DNA of 27,131 bases from Catajapyx aquilonaris (taxonomy: Eukaryota), in contig KZ538302.1 of assembly GCA_000934665.2 (NCBI GenBank), positions 62,001 to 89,131 on the forward strand. Direction: 5' to 3'. Below, one piece after another: positions 9,328-20,100 of the stretch. The translations under genes and the position numbers were made by a program. Under the pieces are notes generated by a model. That model worked only from the letters and a program-made list of their open reading frames with translations, searched no databases and was not told the DNA's origin. The first letter of the stretch is position 1; the number at the start of each line of letters is the position of its first letter.

Positions 9328-10727
9328 TCACTCGCAGGACTTTTTGTCCGGCGGGTCCATCATCTCTGTGATGTATGGAGAGTGACGGATGCCCATGGAG
9401 AACATGGGTGGAGCCTTGCTGGCCATCTTGACGTCCTCAGGACGATGTGCCCCTGGGCCAGGCTTGATGGTGGTGTCCCCTGGCATGAAGGACCTTCCCT
9501 TCATGGTGTAGATGGGTGCACGGATCTTGTTCACGTCCGGGTTGGTCGTCTGGTAGCTGGCAGGGCTCGGGAACAGCGGGTTTCCACCGAAAAGGGGCTT
9601 AGGACGAGGAGCCCTGGGAATGGGACAGGAGGACATCAAGGACTGTCCATGTGGATCTCATGGAGACTGTCGAAGTCTCCTTGAGTCCACATGGACTGGA
9701 TCATGGACAAAATCACTGACACGATCATGGACAGAACCACTAACACGATCATGGACAGAATTACTGACACGATCATGGACAGAACCACTAACACGATCAT
9801 GGACAGAATTACTGACACGATCATGGACAGAACCTCTGACACGATCATGGACAGAACCACTGACACGATCATGGACAGGATCATTGACAATCCAATGGAC
9901 AATATCATTGATAGTCTCATGAACAATGTCATTGACAGGCCTATATGGGCAATCTTATCGACAATCCAATGGACAGTCTCATGGACAATCCCATGAAGAA
10001 TCCAATGGAGAATGGACAATACCATCGACAATATGGGACAATCCCATTGAAAGTCCTGTAGACAATCCATTGGGCATTCATGGACAACCCATGGACAATC
10101 CTATTGACAATCCCCTGAGACCGCTGACCCAACGACGCCCCCGTGTGAACCCAACAGTATATACAGAAATCAACAAAGACTTACATGCTGTAGGCGGCAG
10201 TGGCGGTCTTGTTGACCACTTTGGGTCCAAGGATGGTCGGCATGGTGTAGGTGTTTGGTGCCGGCAGCACGTCCTTCTTGTGCATGGCTGTTCTCATGGC
10301 CATGCTGTACGCTGGAGCACGGACACCAGGATGCGGTTTCTTCTCAGGGGCGTATGTCCCCGGTGGTGGAGCCACGGACCCTCCCAAGATCTGCTTGGTC
10401 TGTGGTCGCATGGTGTACTTGGGTGTTCCATCTGGTCCGAACCTGGTGTACCTAGGCTCCACCTTGATGGTCGGTCCTGGTCCGATCCGGCTCTTGTACG
10501 ACAGGTCCTCCAGGCGAAGACCGAAAGTGTAAGCAGGAGCCTTGGTCTTGCTGCAGTCATGCTGCTCGTGGCCCACAGTCGTTGGTAGCAGGTATATACC
10601 CGGCCCTGGCCCTGAGGACACACACACACACAACAGTTGACCCACAGACAACAATGGGTTGACCCCCCACCAGTGACTGACCTCGCTCCTTGGCGGCTAT
10701 CATGATCTCCTTCTTTGGTTCCGCCAT
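9328..10727 (-). CDS. ODF3: Outer dense fiber protein 3 / SHIPPO1-family (CIMAP1) sperm-tail or ciliary microtubule protein, 252 aa
   Basis: Exons complement(10682-10727, 10185-10611, 9328-9613); GT-AG introns; 759 nt in frame. MAEPKKEIMIAAKERGPGPGIYLLPTTVG..., with repeated PGP/PAP-x-x-Y motifs (GPGPGIY, PPPGTY, PAPNTY, PSPASY, PGPGAH) and P-A-Y-S/T-M/F segments, ending FSMGIRHSPY...SCE*. Confidence 0.9.
9640..10115. repeat. Intronic minisatellite with 12/24/48-bp hierarchical periodicity
   Basis: Near-perfect 24-bp units ACTGACACGATCATGGACAGAACC at about 9691-9888, alternating ACC-ACTAAC and ATT-ACTGAC variants, and decaying into 12-bp ATGGACAATCCC-like units on both sides; lies inside ODF3 intron 9614-10184. 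Confidence 0.9.
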
Positions 10728-10963
10728 GGCTGAAGGTGTTGGGCCGAGGGATGGTACGCTGCAACTTCACAACGACGTTTTTTTGATGATTTTTTGGCGT
10801 GGGCCAACACACCCCACCTGGTTGGTGTTCCGATGCTCCGATGCCCTGCCGTATTGTGTTGCCCCCACGTAAATAATGCATCCATGACGACCGGTGGGGG
10901 TGGACAACAATGCACCCCCATTGTTGATGGGGTCGAGGTGCTATTTAGATTTTTTTTTAAATA

Positions 10964-11759
10964 CAGTTGAATCCGGATATAACAGCATCGGCTATAACAT
11001 ACTGGTCCCCCCACACTCCCTTAAGGCCATGTGTATTTTTACTCCTGCTATAACAGATTCACTTTCAGATCGCCTCGGGCATAACAGACCATTTCTTGGC
11101 CCCTTGAAGGGAAAATATTTTTCTGGTACAGTTGAATGCGGATACAACAGCCTCGGATATAACAGACTGGTCCCGCCAAGCTCCTGTGGCCATGTGTATT
11201 TTTTACTCCTGATATAACACACTCAATTTCACATCACCTCGAGTATGCCATACCAATTTTTGACCACGTGAATAGAAAATTGGTAAAAAGTGGCAAAAAT
11301 GGCGGCAAAAGAAAATTTCGTTTTTTTTTTGTCCTGCATAATTTTTGGGTAACTAATATTGCATGGATATCATTACAGTATGCAGTAATGTTCATTGTAG
11401 GCATATGGAAAGTAGAAAATGTATTCGGTTGCAAAAGTGACGATTTGGCTATTAGACCTCGGTTATAACAGACTTTTTGCAGTGGTCCCTTGAAGTCTGT
11501 TATATCTGGATTCAACTGTATTAGCTCACCAGAAAATTAAGCAGGGCCAAAAAAAAGCCCACAATTTTCCATAGTTGCCAATTTTATACAAAAGAATATT
11601 TTCTCCTCAGGGGATCAAAAATGGTCTGTTATAGTCGTTGTGATGTGAAAATGAGTATGTTATATCAGAAGTAAAAAAAATGCACAGCCTTATGGAAGTA
11701 TGCTGGGACCGGAATTTTGAGTCTGTTATAGCCGATGCTGTTATATCCGGAGTCAACTA
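10964..11759. mobile_element. pogo/Tigger-like long-TIR MITE (outer element)
   Basis: TA-CAGTTGAATCCGGATATAACAGCATCGGCTATAACA... (10964 to about 11120) is mirrored by about 11596-11759 (...TGTTATAGCCGATGCTGTTATATCCGGAGTCAACT); about 155-bp diverged arms with repeated TATAACA motifs. Confidence 0.82.
11129..11518. mobile_element. pogo/Tigger-like MITE nested inside a related element
   Basis: CAGTTGAATGCGGATACAACAG ... CTGTTATATCTGGATTCAACTG flanked by TA at 11127-11128 and 11519-11520. Confidence 0.82.
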
Positions 11760-11766
11760 TCTGTAC

Positions 11767-12480
11767 ATAAAAATTCACAACGCTGTTGCACCAAAGTAAA
11801 TTACGGTTAATCTCAGATTTAAAAACATATCCCATCATTTTCTTCCTGAAATCGACAAGTCAGTCGGTATGGCATCTAAAAATATTCCTAACTAATAAAA
11901 CTAACTAATAAAAATTCACAACGCTGCCATGTGCACCAAATTACTGTTAATCTCATATTAAGGTAACATAACCCATCATTTTCTCCTGCAATCGACATGA
12001 TATCCGGTATGGTATTAAAAAAAATCGAACTAATAAATTTCTAACAAAACTAATAATTTCACACAAAACTAACTAATAAAAATTCACAATGCTGCCACGT
12101 GCACCAAATTAACTGTTAATCTCAAATGAAGGCAACATAGCCCGTCATTTTCTTCCTGACATGTCAGCCGGTATGGCATCTAAAAATTTCTAACTAATAA
12201 TTTCTAACAAAACTAACTAATAATTTCTAACTAAACTAATATTTTCTAAAACTAATAATTTCTAACTAAACTAATATTTTCTAACAAAACTAATAATTTC
12301 TAACAAAACTAACTAAAAATTGCTACCAAAACTAATAATTTCTAACAAAACTAACTAATAATTGCTACCAAAACTAATAATTGCTACCAAAACTAATAAT
12401 TTCTAACAAAACTAACTAATAAAAATCCACAACGCTGCCATGTGCACCAAATTAGTTAATCTCAGATTAAGTCAACATTT
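11767..12480. repeat. Compound AT-rich tandem repeat (4 units) with an expanding AACTAATAATTTCTAACAA minisatellite spacer
   Basis: ATAAAAATTCACAACGCTG...TGCACCAAA...GTTAATCTCA...CCCATCATTTTC...CGGTATGG units start at 11767, 11908, 12076 and 12419; the minisatellite is densest at 12190-12420. Confidence 0.88.
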
Positions 12481-14602
12481 CCCTCCTAATTCGACTCATG
12501 TAACCAGCAAATGACCCCTTCACGATTTAAATTATTTACACAAAAAAAAACCGAATGACCCCCGAGGTCAAACCAGGTAGGCCACATTGACCATTTATAA
12601 GATACGGTACGGAAGTGTGCCAACCATCCCATCTATGCATCTCCTGTCCTTGATGGTCATCTGCATCCACGTCACTACCTTACATATTCCATATACATAC
12701 TCCCCCCACCCCCACCCCCCAAACTTTCTCCTTAAAAGGTACAGATGTTCCCCCNTTTGTTCTTCCGGACTACACATGAGGTCATACCATCTGACGTCAA
12801 ATGGGATCGTATAAAAAGTAAGGAGTGACCTCAAAATCCAGTCAGTTGGTTGTATTAATTGGACGGTCACTGAACTCCCGAGGAATGTGACCCCCTCGGG
12901 GGGGTTGGTAGGGGGAGGGGTCATAGTGTGTTCCAAAAATAGTTGTAACGGGTATCCGCAATTGTTGATTTTGGCGCCAAAAATGTTGAGGGGGGGGAAA
13001 ATCTGTGCATTCACCTGCTGAAGAATGTTGCCCACAAAACCGGCTTTTGAAGCTGTGTTGCCGGTGCTAGTACTGGTTTTAAGCCAGAGTTGATATGCGA
13101 GGTGGATGACAGTCATAGTTGGTGATGACTTGAAAGTGTTGTGTGTATATAGGTATTTGAAACATTAGTGTTGTGTGTAGACTACGGGCCGCCCTTGGGT
13201 CATCTTGGAGCATAGAGGAGAAGCAACAGTGGAATCGGTTCATCAGACATTCCCGCCCTCCCAGGAGGTCCATGGTTGCCTGATTGTCCCAGCGTTGAAG
13301 TCTCCTGGTTGGTGCCTCGAGGGCGTCTTGTCCCCCCCCCATCTCACCACACCAACCACCCTTCTCTTTCTCTGTGTCTACCATTGGCACCTCAGGAGAC
13401 GCCGGCCTTGGCTCCGTCCCAGTCATCAGCAGAACCTCGAGGAAGAAGGACAAGTGTAAAAAAAAGTGCTCATAGGTCACAGGTCAAGTAAGTGGTCAAT
13501 GTCCCAAAACTGTTTCATCAACCAGGAGGTTGATGATGGCGCTGCTTTTTTCTTTGGTTATCTAGCTGTATGAGTGTAATTGGCGTCATAAAGCTAGGTT
13601 ACCAAAGTTAAGAACAGCACCCCATCATCGGGTACCGGACATGTCATCAAGTTGGTGCAAACAAACAAGGTGTAGTAGTAGTTGAGATGATCACGTGTCG
13701 AACGCGAGTCGAGCGCGACTAGTTTTCTATGGATGGGTAAGCAGTTAAGCGAGCATGAAAAAGCCACACGTGAAAAGATTTCAAAAAAAAAAGTGGTCAA
13801 ATTTTTTTTCCGAAAAAAAAAAAAAAAAAAAAAAACAGGGACGCAGATGGCTGCCTTCCGATATGGCCAAACTGGTTGGACAGGACCAGGCTTGCCAACT
13901 GTTCAGCCATTTTGTACCTGCCGCCGCAATTTTGTGTAGGAATGTAGTTTTTGAGAGGCAGGCATGTGAAGATTCCTACTGAACAGTTATTTTTAACTTT
14001 CACTTTCGAGTGACATTGGCGTCGGTTATTTTTTTGAAAGCACCCTGTACTTTTACGACCCTGTGGTCAAGGTAGAAGGTTCCCCCCCCCCCCTCCTCCT
14101 ATTGGAAAAGGGTCTAATTGCCTTTTTCAAAAGGTGGTCAACAACAAGAGGGTGGGGAGGTCCAGACCCTTTTTTGAAAAACCGTTAACTGTAAATTTTT
14201 GGGGGGGAATGGGCCTCATTTTTCATCCGCCATTTTGTTGCCACCTTTTTTTTTCTTCTTCTTAAATGGCGAAAGTGGCTCTACACCTGCCTCAAGGTGC
14301 GTTCTTTCTAAGAACTGTCGCCATCTTGAGTTTTGGTCAAGGTTAATTGTGATTACTGGACATTTATCACTTCAAAAAGCATGAGTCTGACAGGATGATT
14401 ACATTTTATGGGTTTCGGCTAGGATTCATACTGGTCGTTGTCGTTCAGCTACCACCAATCAGCAGGCAATGATGGGATATTAGGTATTCACATGCCTGCT
14501 TCCCATATTTTAAAAACATAATACATATTAGCCTGTCGATAGGCCCCGTACACATCTGATAGTGGCCTTCACGGTCTTGCCTCTCATTACCGGGTACCTG
14601 TA

Positions 14603-14817
14603 CAGTTGGCTCAAGGAGTAAGTTACCAGACCCCTAACCTAGAAATTAGCCTCCAACAGAGGTGCTGCCCAGGGGAGTGAGATTTATTGTATCAGGGGGA
14701 AGAACAGAGGTGCTGCTTCCCCCTATGATACAATAAATCTCACTCCCCTAGGCAGCACCTCTGTTGGAGGCTAATTTCTAGGTTCGGGGTCTGGTAACAT
14801 ACTCCTTTAACCGACTG
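14603..14817. mobile_element. Tc1/mariner-type palindromic MITE (CAGT ends, TA TSD)
   Basis: About 100-bp inverted arms containing GTTACCAGACCCC...AGAAATTAGCCTCCAACAGAGGTGCTGCC...GGGGAGTGAGATTTATTGTATCA; TA at 14601-14602 and 14818-14819. A further partial left end (CAGTC...GTATCTTACCAGACC) starts at 14820 and shares the TA. Confidence 0.88.
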
Positions 14818-14868
14818 TACAGTCAGGTAGAGTATCTTACCAGACCAGGCCATAAAACAAGTCTGAAT

Positions 14869-15095
14869 AAGTGTTAAATTTGATTTTATATATTATATAT
14901 TTGATTTTACATGTACAGTCGGTTAAATGGGTATCTTACCAGACCGAGAAATTAGCCTCCAACAGAGGTGCTGCCTAGGGGAGTGCAAGCACCTCTGTTG
15001 GAGGCTAATTTCTTGCTCTGGTATGATACGCCTTTAACCGGCTGTACGGTCATGTAAAATCAAATATATAATATATAAAATCAAATATAACACTT
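14869..15095. mobile_element. AT-rich 45-bp-arm palindrome with a shorter CAGT MITE (14916-15044) inserted at its apex
   Basis: Arms AAGTGTTA(A/T)ATTTGATTTTATATATTATATATTTGATTTTACATG at 14869-14913 / 15051-15095. The inner element CAGTCGGTTAAA...TTTAACCGGCTG has TA on both sides and belongs to the same family as 14603-14817. Confidence 0.85.
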
Positions 15096-17140
15096 GGTCC
15101 CCGCCGGAAGTGACTGAGATTTTTCTGCCCATCTAACCACAGGCATTTGACTTGACCTTTTGCAAGTCACCACCACTGAGTCAGGCTTCCCCAAAGAGTG
15201 GTGTATGTCACTTGCATGTCTTTTTGTTTTCCTCTAGGTCCATTCTTCTTCACGAGTGAGTGACTCTGAGCTGTAAAAATGGGGGGAGCCTAGGGGTCTA
15301 GACAAGAGTCAATTGCCCCTGGAGGGCCAACAGGGGGGTCTTCTTTTAGGATGGGATAAGTGCAAAGAGGGGGTTGTCCCTCTTAACGGTCCCTCTTCTT
15401 TTCCTTTTCCAGGAATGCAGCTGCAAGAATGTACAGGTTGGCTGCACTGCCCAGTGGCATCTGATGGAACCGGTTTTGTTGGGGGTGAGGGAGGGAGATG
15501 GACCCGGCCCTAAGGAGCATCGCCCTTTACAACAATAAATACCATTGTTGGCATTGCTTCTTTTTTTCTTCTTCTTCTTATTTGGTTGCCTTGCAGGGAA
15601 TATGGCCGCTTAAAAACAGAAAGGTAAGAAAAGTGGGGTGGTGGTAAAGAATGTGGGCCCTTAAGGTTGGGAGGAAAAATTTGAAGGGGGGGGATGGGAG
15701 GTAGAAAGGTGGGCAGGACAAACCAGTACCCAAAGCTGGTTAGCTGAGTCTACAGATAATCTCCCACTCAAGAGGAGGTGGGGGATATACAATGTCTATA
15801 GCAAACTGGTTCTGTCCGCAAAATGTACCTGGATAGAGCACGTAGTTGATTGATGAGCAGCAACGCCGGGTATGAACGATGAGCTGCAACCCCAACCGAA
15901 GGATGGCCGCACAATTAGCTGGATCCGCTGTAATATGGCTGTACACGTTGAACACAAACGCCTGCTTCATAGAAAGGGTTTTATTATTGGAGTGTACATA
16001 CTCGTGAAGTTAAACACATTCACTTCTTATAAAATAAAACAATAAAAAGTTATTACTCTTGCAGTGAAGTACTCAGTCCCGAAACTTCCATGCAGTTTAC
16101 ACTGCCGGTTCCATGCTAATTGCAGCCGTCGGGCGAAGACAAACGGTGCGAAACTAAAAAAAATACTCTCCGTCCCCAGTCCAATACAAATGCCTTTTTT
16201 TTTGGAAGCGCATCCCTCAGTCCCACATACCATACACTGGACGTCCCCCCAAAAAAATCTCACACTCAATTGAATAATGTGCTGCTAGCGTCTTATACCG
16301 CACAGCCGTATGCTGAGGTTAGAACTTGCAAAAAAAAAAAAAGGTGCTGGGCACAGAAATATGGATGAACTCAAAACATTCAAATCTCGACTGCCCATCA
16401 TAGAACTGGCAGTGACAACTCAATGCAACGGACTTACACCGGTCCAGTCCTTGTCAAAAAAAGTCGTGTTGCAATAGCAACCAATATCCCCTTGAAAAAT
16501 ATATGTCTTTGTACTCATACATTCGCATCATGTGGCTCTAAAAAAATTCGCTTTAAAAAACTTCTGGTTTTGACAAAGACTCGCATTGGGAACAGCAGGA
16601 CGTGTCCTTTCTTGCAAATAAGGGTGGCAAAGTAGGCTCGCAAAAAAGTGTTGTCAATTACTAATCTACTGTAATATAAAGGCACACAATTATGTTTTTT
16701 TTTTATTTTAAGCACATTTTCTTTCCTATGATTCTTGGAGGTAAATTTTTTTGGTTTTTAAATTATGACATACATGATCTCGGCAGAGGAGTAAAAATTA
16801 TAAACTGATCTACCTACTCACAAAGCACCTCTAATTTTGTAGGGAGGGAAATAATGATAAAGTGACCAAACACACGCCGGCAGTATGAAAATCCGATTTA
16901 AACCTCCCGCACCTGGGGGAAAAGGGGGCCCTACGCGGCCATGGTCAGTTCTCGTGATTCTGCCTTTTTTGTTACCGCCGCATCTAGAGGTGTTTGAATA
17001 GAGGGCTATTCAAATCTGGTGATGACGCGGTAACCCGACTGTCCTTGTTACCACATAATCAGAGTGCAATAATATTGTTCTCATGCCAGTGTGCATTTGA
17101 TGGTCTGTGCTCTTCATACGCCTAATTTAACATTACAGGA

Positions 17141-20100
17141 TTACATGAGACTGCAGTTCTCTCGGCCACGTGGATCACCCTGTAACGAAACAAAAATCAC
17201 AGCTCGTTATACAAAATGTCGTCATCTCAGTTTCTTTGCAACAATTTCAACCAAGGTTCAAAGATCATGCCATGCCACAAGCACTTTGAATCTATGGAAC
17301 TATAGGTGCAGTTGCACTAAAGGGCCAGGCACCCGCTCTAGTCAAGCGTACGTGTCATCGAGGTCACCTATTTAACACATCAGGCCCTGCAGTGTAGAAG
17401 CACCTTACTACAACTAACTACCAACTACCTTTTCATACACTGAATCTACTCTTGTGAGGTTAAGCATGCTGGCGTGTGAAGAATGTGTTCTGAATATGGC
17501 AGTCCAATATCCCATGGCACGAGTTCATACATGGCAGAAGTCCGAATGGAAAACATTTAACACGAGATTAACATAGGTTTTTCTCAATGGACGCCAGCAT
17601 ATCCTAAACATTCTGCACAGCCGATGAGGGCAAAACAAAACTAGTTTAAAAACTGCACGCAGTGAGTGGAAAGCTTGTAGCTGCGTTATTAACCTGCTGG
17701 TGAAACATGTCCTCGTTGCCCACCTCGACTACTGGATAGGAGGCCCCAAAACCACCCAAGTCCCTGTGGTGCAGGGTGGACGAGCTCAGCTGCTTGCGAC
17801 GGCACTCCTGAACAGCAACCTCCTGAAAAAGTGCAGAGCGCATGAGTACACAAGACTGCCAAACTCCTCTTGGAGACGCAGCATAGGTTAAAAAAACAGA
17901 AGAGAGCTACTTACGTCCCCATTGTTGTTAAAGACTGTAGTAGTCATGTTGTCACCCACGAACCACCTCTGCCCCTTCATGACAAGGTTGGCTGGCGGCT
18001 CGTGCGTCACGCCAGTGTCAGACGACCAAACGCACACGAAGCCCTTGGAATCGATCTTTACTGTGCGGTGGAACTTGTACGATGTCTCGGAATCCCCGAC
18101 TTTCCTGATTACTTGCCATCCGCCAAGTGTCACCTCCTGGTTGAGGAAAGCAGTCAACATTTTAACATTGACACTCTCACAAACCATTAAAAAACCGAGC
18201 TGGCACTACGATGATGCCAATAAGTGCACAACTGACAGGTAGCAACGGAGCAGTGCCCAAAATAACTCACCTTGTCCCCTTTGTTGTGCAACTTCACGAA
18301 CTTCCCCTCCGGACACACCTCGGACACCTCAATGTCTCCCAGACTGGAGGAGGAGATGACAAAGTCTGAGTGAGAGAGTTCCTCCGTTTCATCGATGATG
18401 GCCCTCTTCCTCTTCGTTCCCCTCATGGGAGTTCTCCTGGCCGGAGTTGCACCCTTCTGGTTGCCCCCTCCGACACCAGTCATCCGGCTTGGAGTGATAT
18501 TAAGCCGAGCCTCCTCGCCTTCCAGGAGCTTTCTATAAGCGGCAATTTCCATGTCCAGGGCGACCTTTGGGCAACAAACGCATATTAAAACCGGTCAGAA
18601 TGCATCATAAGACAATCGGCTTACTTTGATGTCCATGAGGTCCTGGTACTCCTGCAGTTGGGCGGACATCTCATCACGAAGTCTTTGCAGCTCTGCCTCT
18701 CTATCAGCCAAGATGTCGCTGAACCTTGCCCGATCAGTGTCGACAGTTTTCTCCAAGTCACGGATTCGGGACAAGTAGCCCCCTTGCTGGCTCTCAAGCT
18801 CTGACACTCTCTGACTCATGGACTCCACCCTGGCACGGGCCTGGCGGAGATCTTCGCCGGAAGTGGTTGCCACATTTGCGTAACGCTGAACCTGAAGAGC
18901 ACAGTTTGCCATTAAAAAACCTTGCACAGTGCCACGTTTTCACGTAATCATACGATAAGGAACATTCAATGTACCTGTGCACGCAGATCGATAAGCTTGG
19001 ACTCAAACATCTTCTCAACCTCCCCACGGTTGGCCCCCAACTGAGCCTCGTACTGTTCTCGCAGCTCTTGCAGGCTCTTCTGCATCTTGGCCTCGTACTC
19101 CTTATGAAGGCGACTATCAATTTCAGAGATCTCAATCTCTGAGGTCTTAGTGATTCCCCTTGTGAATTCCTGGTGAACGTGGTCCTGGACGAGGAAATAA
19201 ATTGCGGAAATTAATCCACTGTTAGCAAGACTTTATGGTGTCAATAACAAACCTTGAAGGACATCTCCTCCTTGAGTCCCTGCGCCTTGTTTTCCATGTC
19301 TACCCGCACCATGGTCTCGCTCTCCAGCTCCTTCTGGACGGCCTCCAGCATCTTCCGTGTCTTGTCCAGCTCCGCCAGTAGATCTTTCCTCTCAGTCACC
19401 GCCTTGTTCTTGTCAGTCACGGCTACATTGTACTTGGTGGTCAGATCTCCCAGCTGGCCCTCCAGCGAAGATAGCTGCTTCTCAGCCGCGGTCAAGTCAC
19501 GGGTCTTTCTGTCCAGTCTGCGACGAATCAAGAAAATTAACATCGTTTGTGAAACATGCAGCCTGCCGATCTCGGCGTCTTTTTTTACTCAACAAAAAAT
19601 ATTGCATTAATCAGAACAATCACCAACCAGCCGACATTTCATCTAGGTCATACGCAGCAGTACATGAATCCACTCGGCATCCGCAAATCATGTAATCACC
19701 CAGATGCACATCATTTTCGCCCAAGCGATTGCGTAACCTCCTTTATGGGTCACAAAAAATGTGAAAGGTGTGACATCACAACACGTGTGGGAGGGTCAGG
19801 CAAGGTAAGTGATGGCACATTTATATATAGCGCCCACTACATTTTATCATCCCTTACAGGCACTGGTTGCATCACATGCGGACTGGTAGCAGGGGACTGC
19901 CACTTCAGGGGGGAGACAGACCTCCCCCAACCCTGGATCGGATTCCCCACATTTTAGTTATTTTTAAGCCAGTCCCCCCAGCATGGGCCACAAAAAATGA
20001 GGTCGGGTGCCATTTACTATGGACCACTTACTATGCCAATAGTAACACGTGGTTTGCACTAATCTTATCACGACCACGGGGGTCAATGTTAGTGACGCAA

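Noticed and set aside
9620..10070. Repetitive ORFs (LTRSWTEP, MDRITDTI, LSMIVSV)
   Set aside because: Translations of an intronic minisatellite inside a clean GT-AG intron of ODF3.
12595..13480. 173-aa and 133-aa minus-strand ORFs as possible transposase or retroelement fragments
   Set aside because: No DDE, RT or other motif recognised; homopolymer-rich sequence and an N at 12755.
13696..13723. GC-rich stretch ending CTAG-T, like a Helitron 3' end
   Set aside because: The hairpin stem is only about 4 bp and no 5' TC end could be identified.
14030..14049. CACCCTGTA, a Tc1-like terminus (TA-CAGGGTG on the minus strand)
   Set aside because: No partner TIR was found in the window, so boundaries cannot be defined.
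17584..17640. Alternative lamin acceptor 53 nt after exon 8 giving [18 protein letters not shown]
   Set aside because: Weak acceptor context and no similarity to lamin tails; the exon at 17141-17179 has a strong acceptor and the expected GDP...CaaX end.
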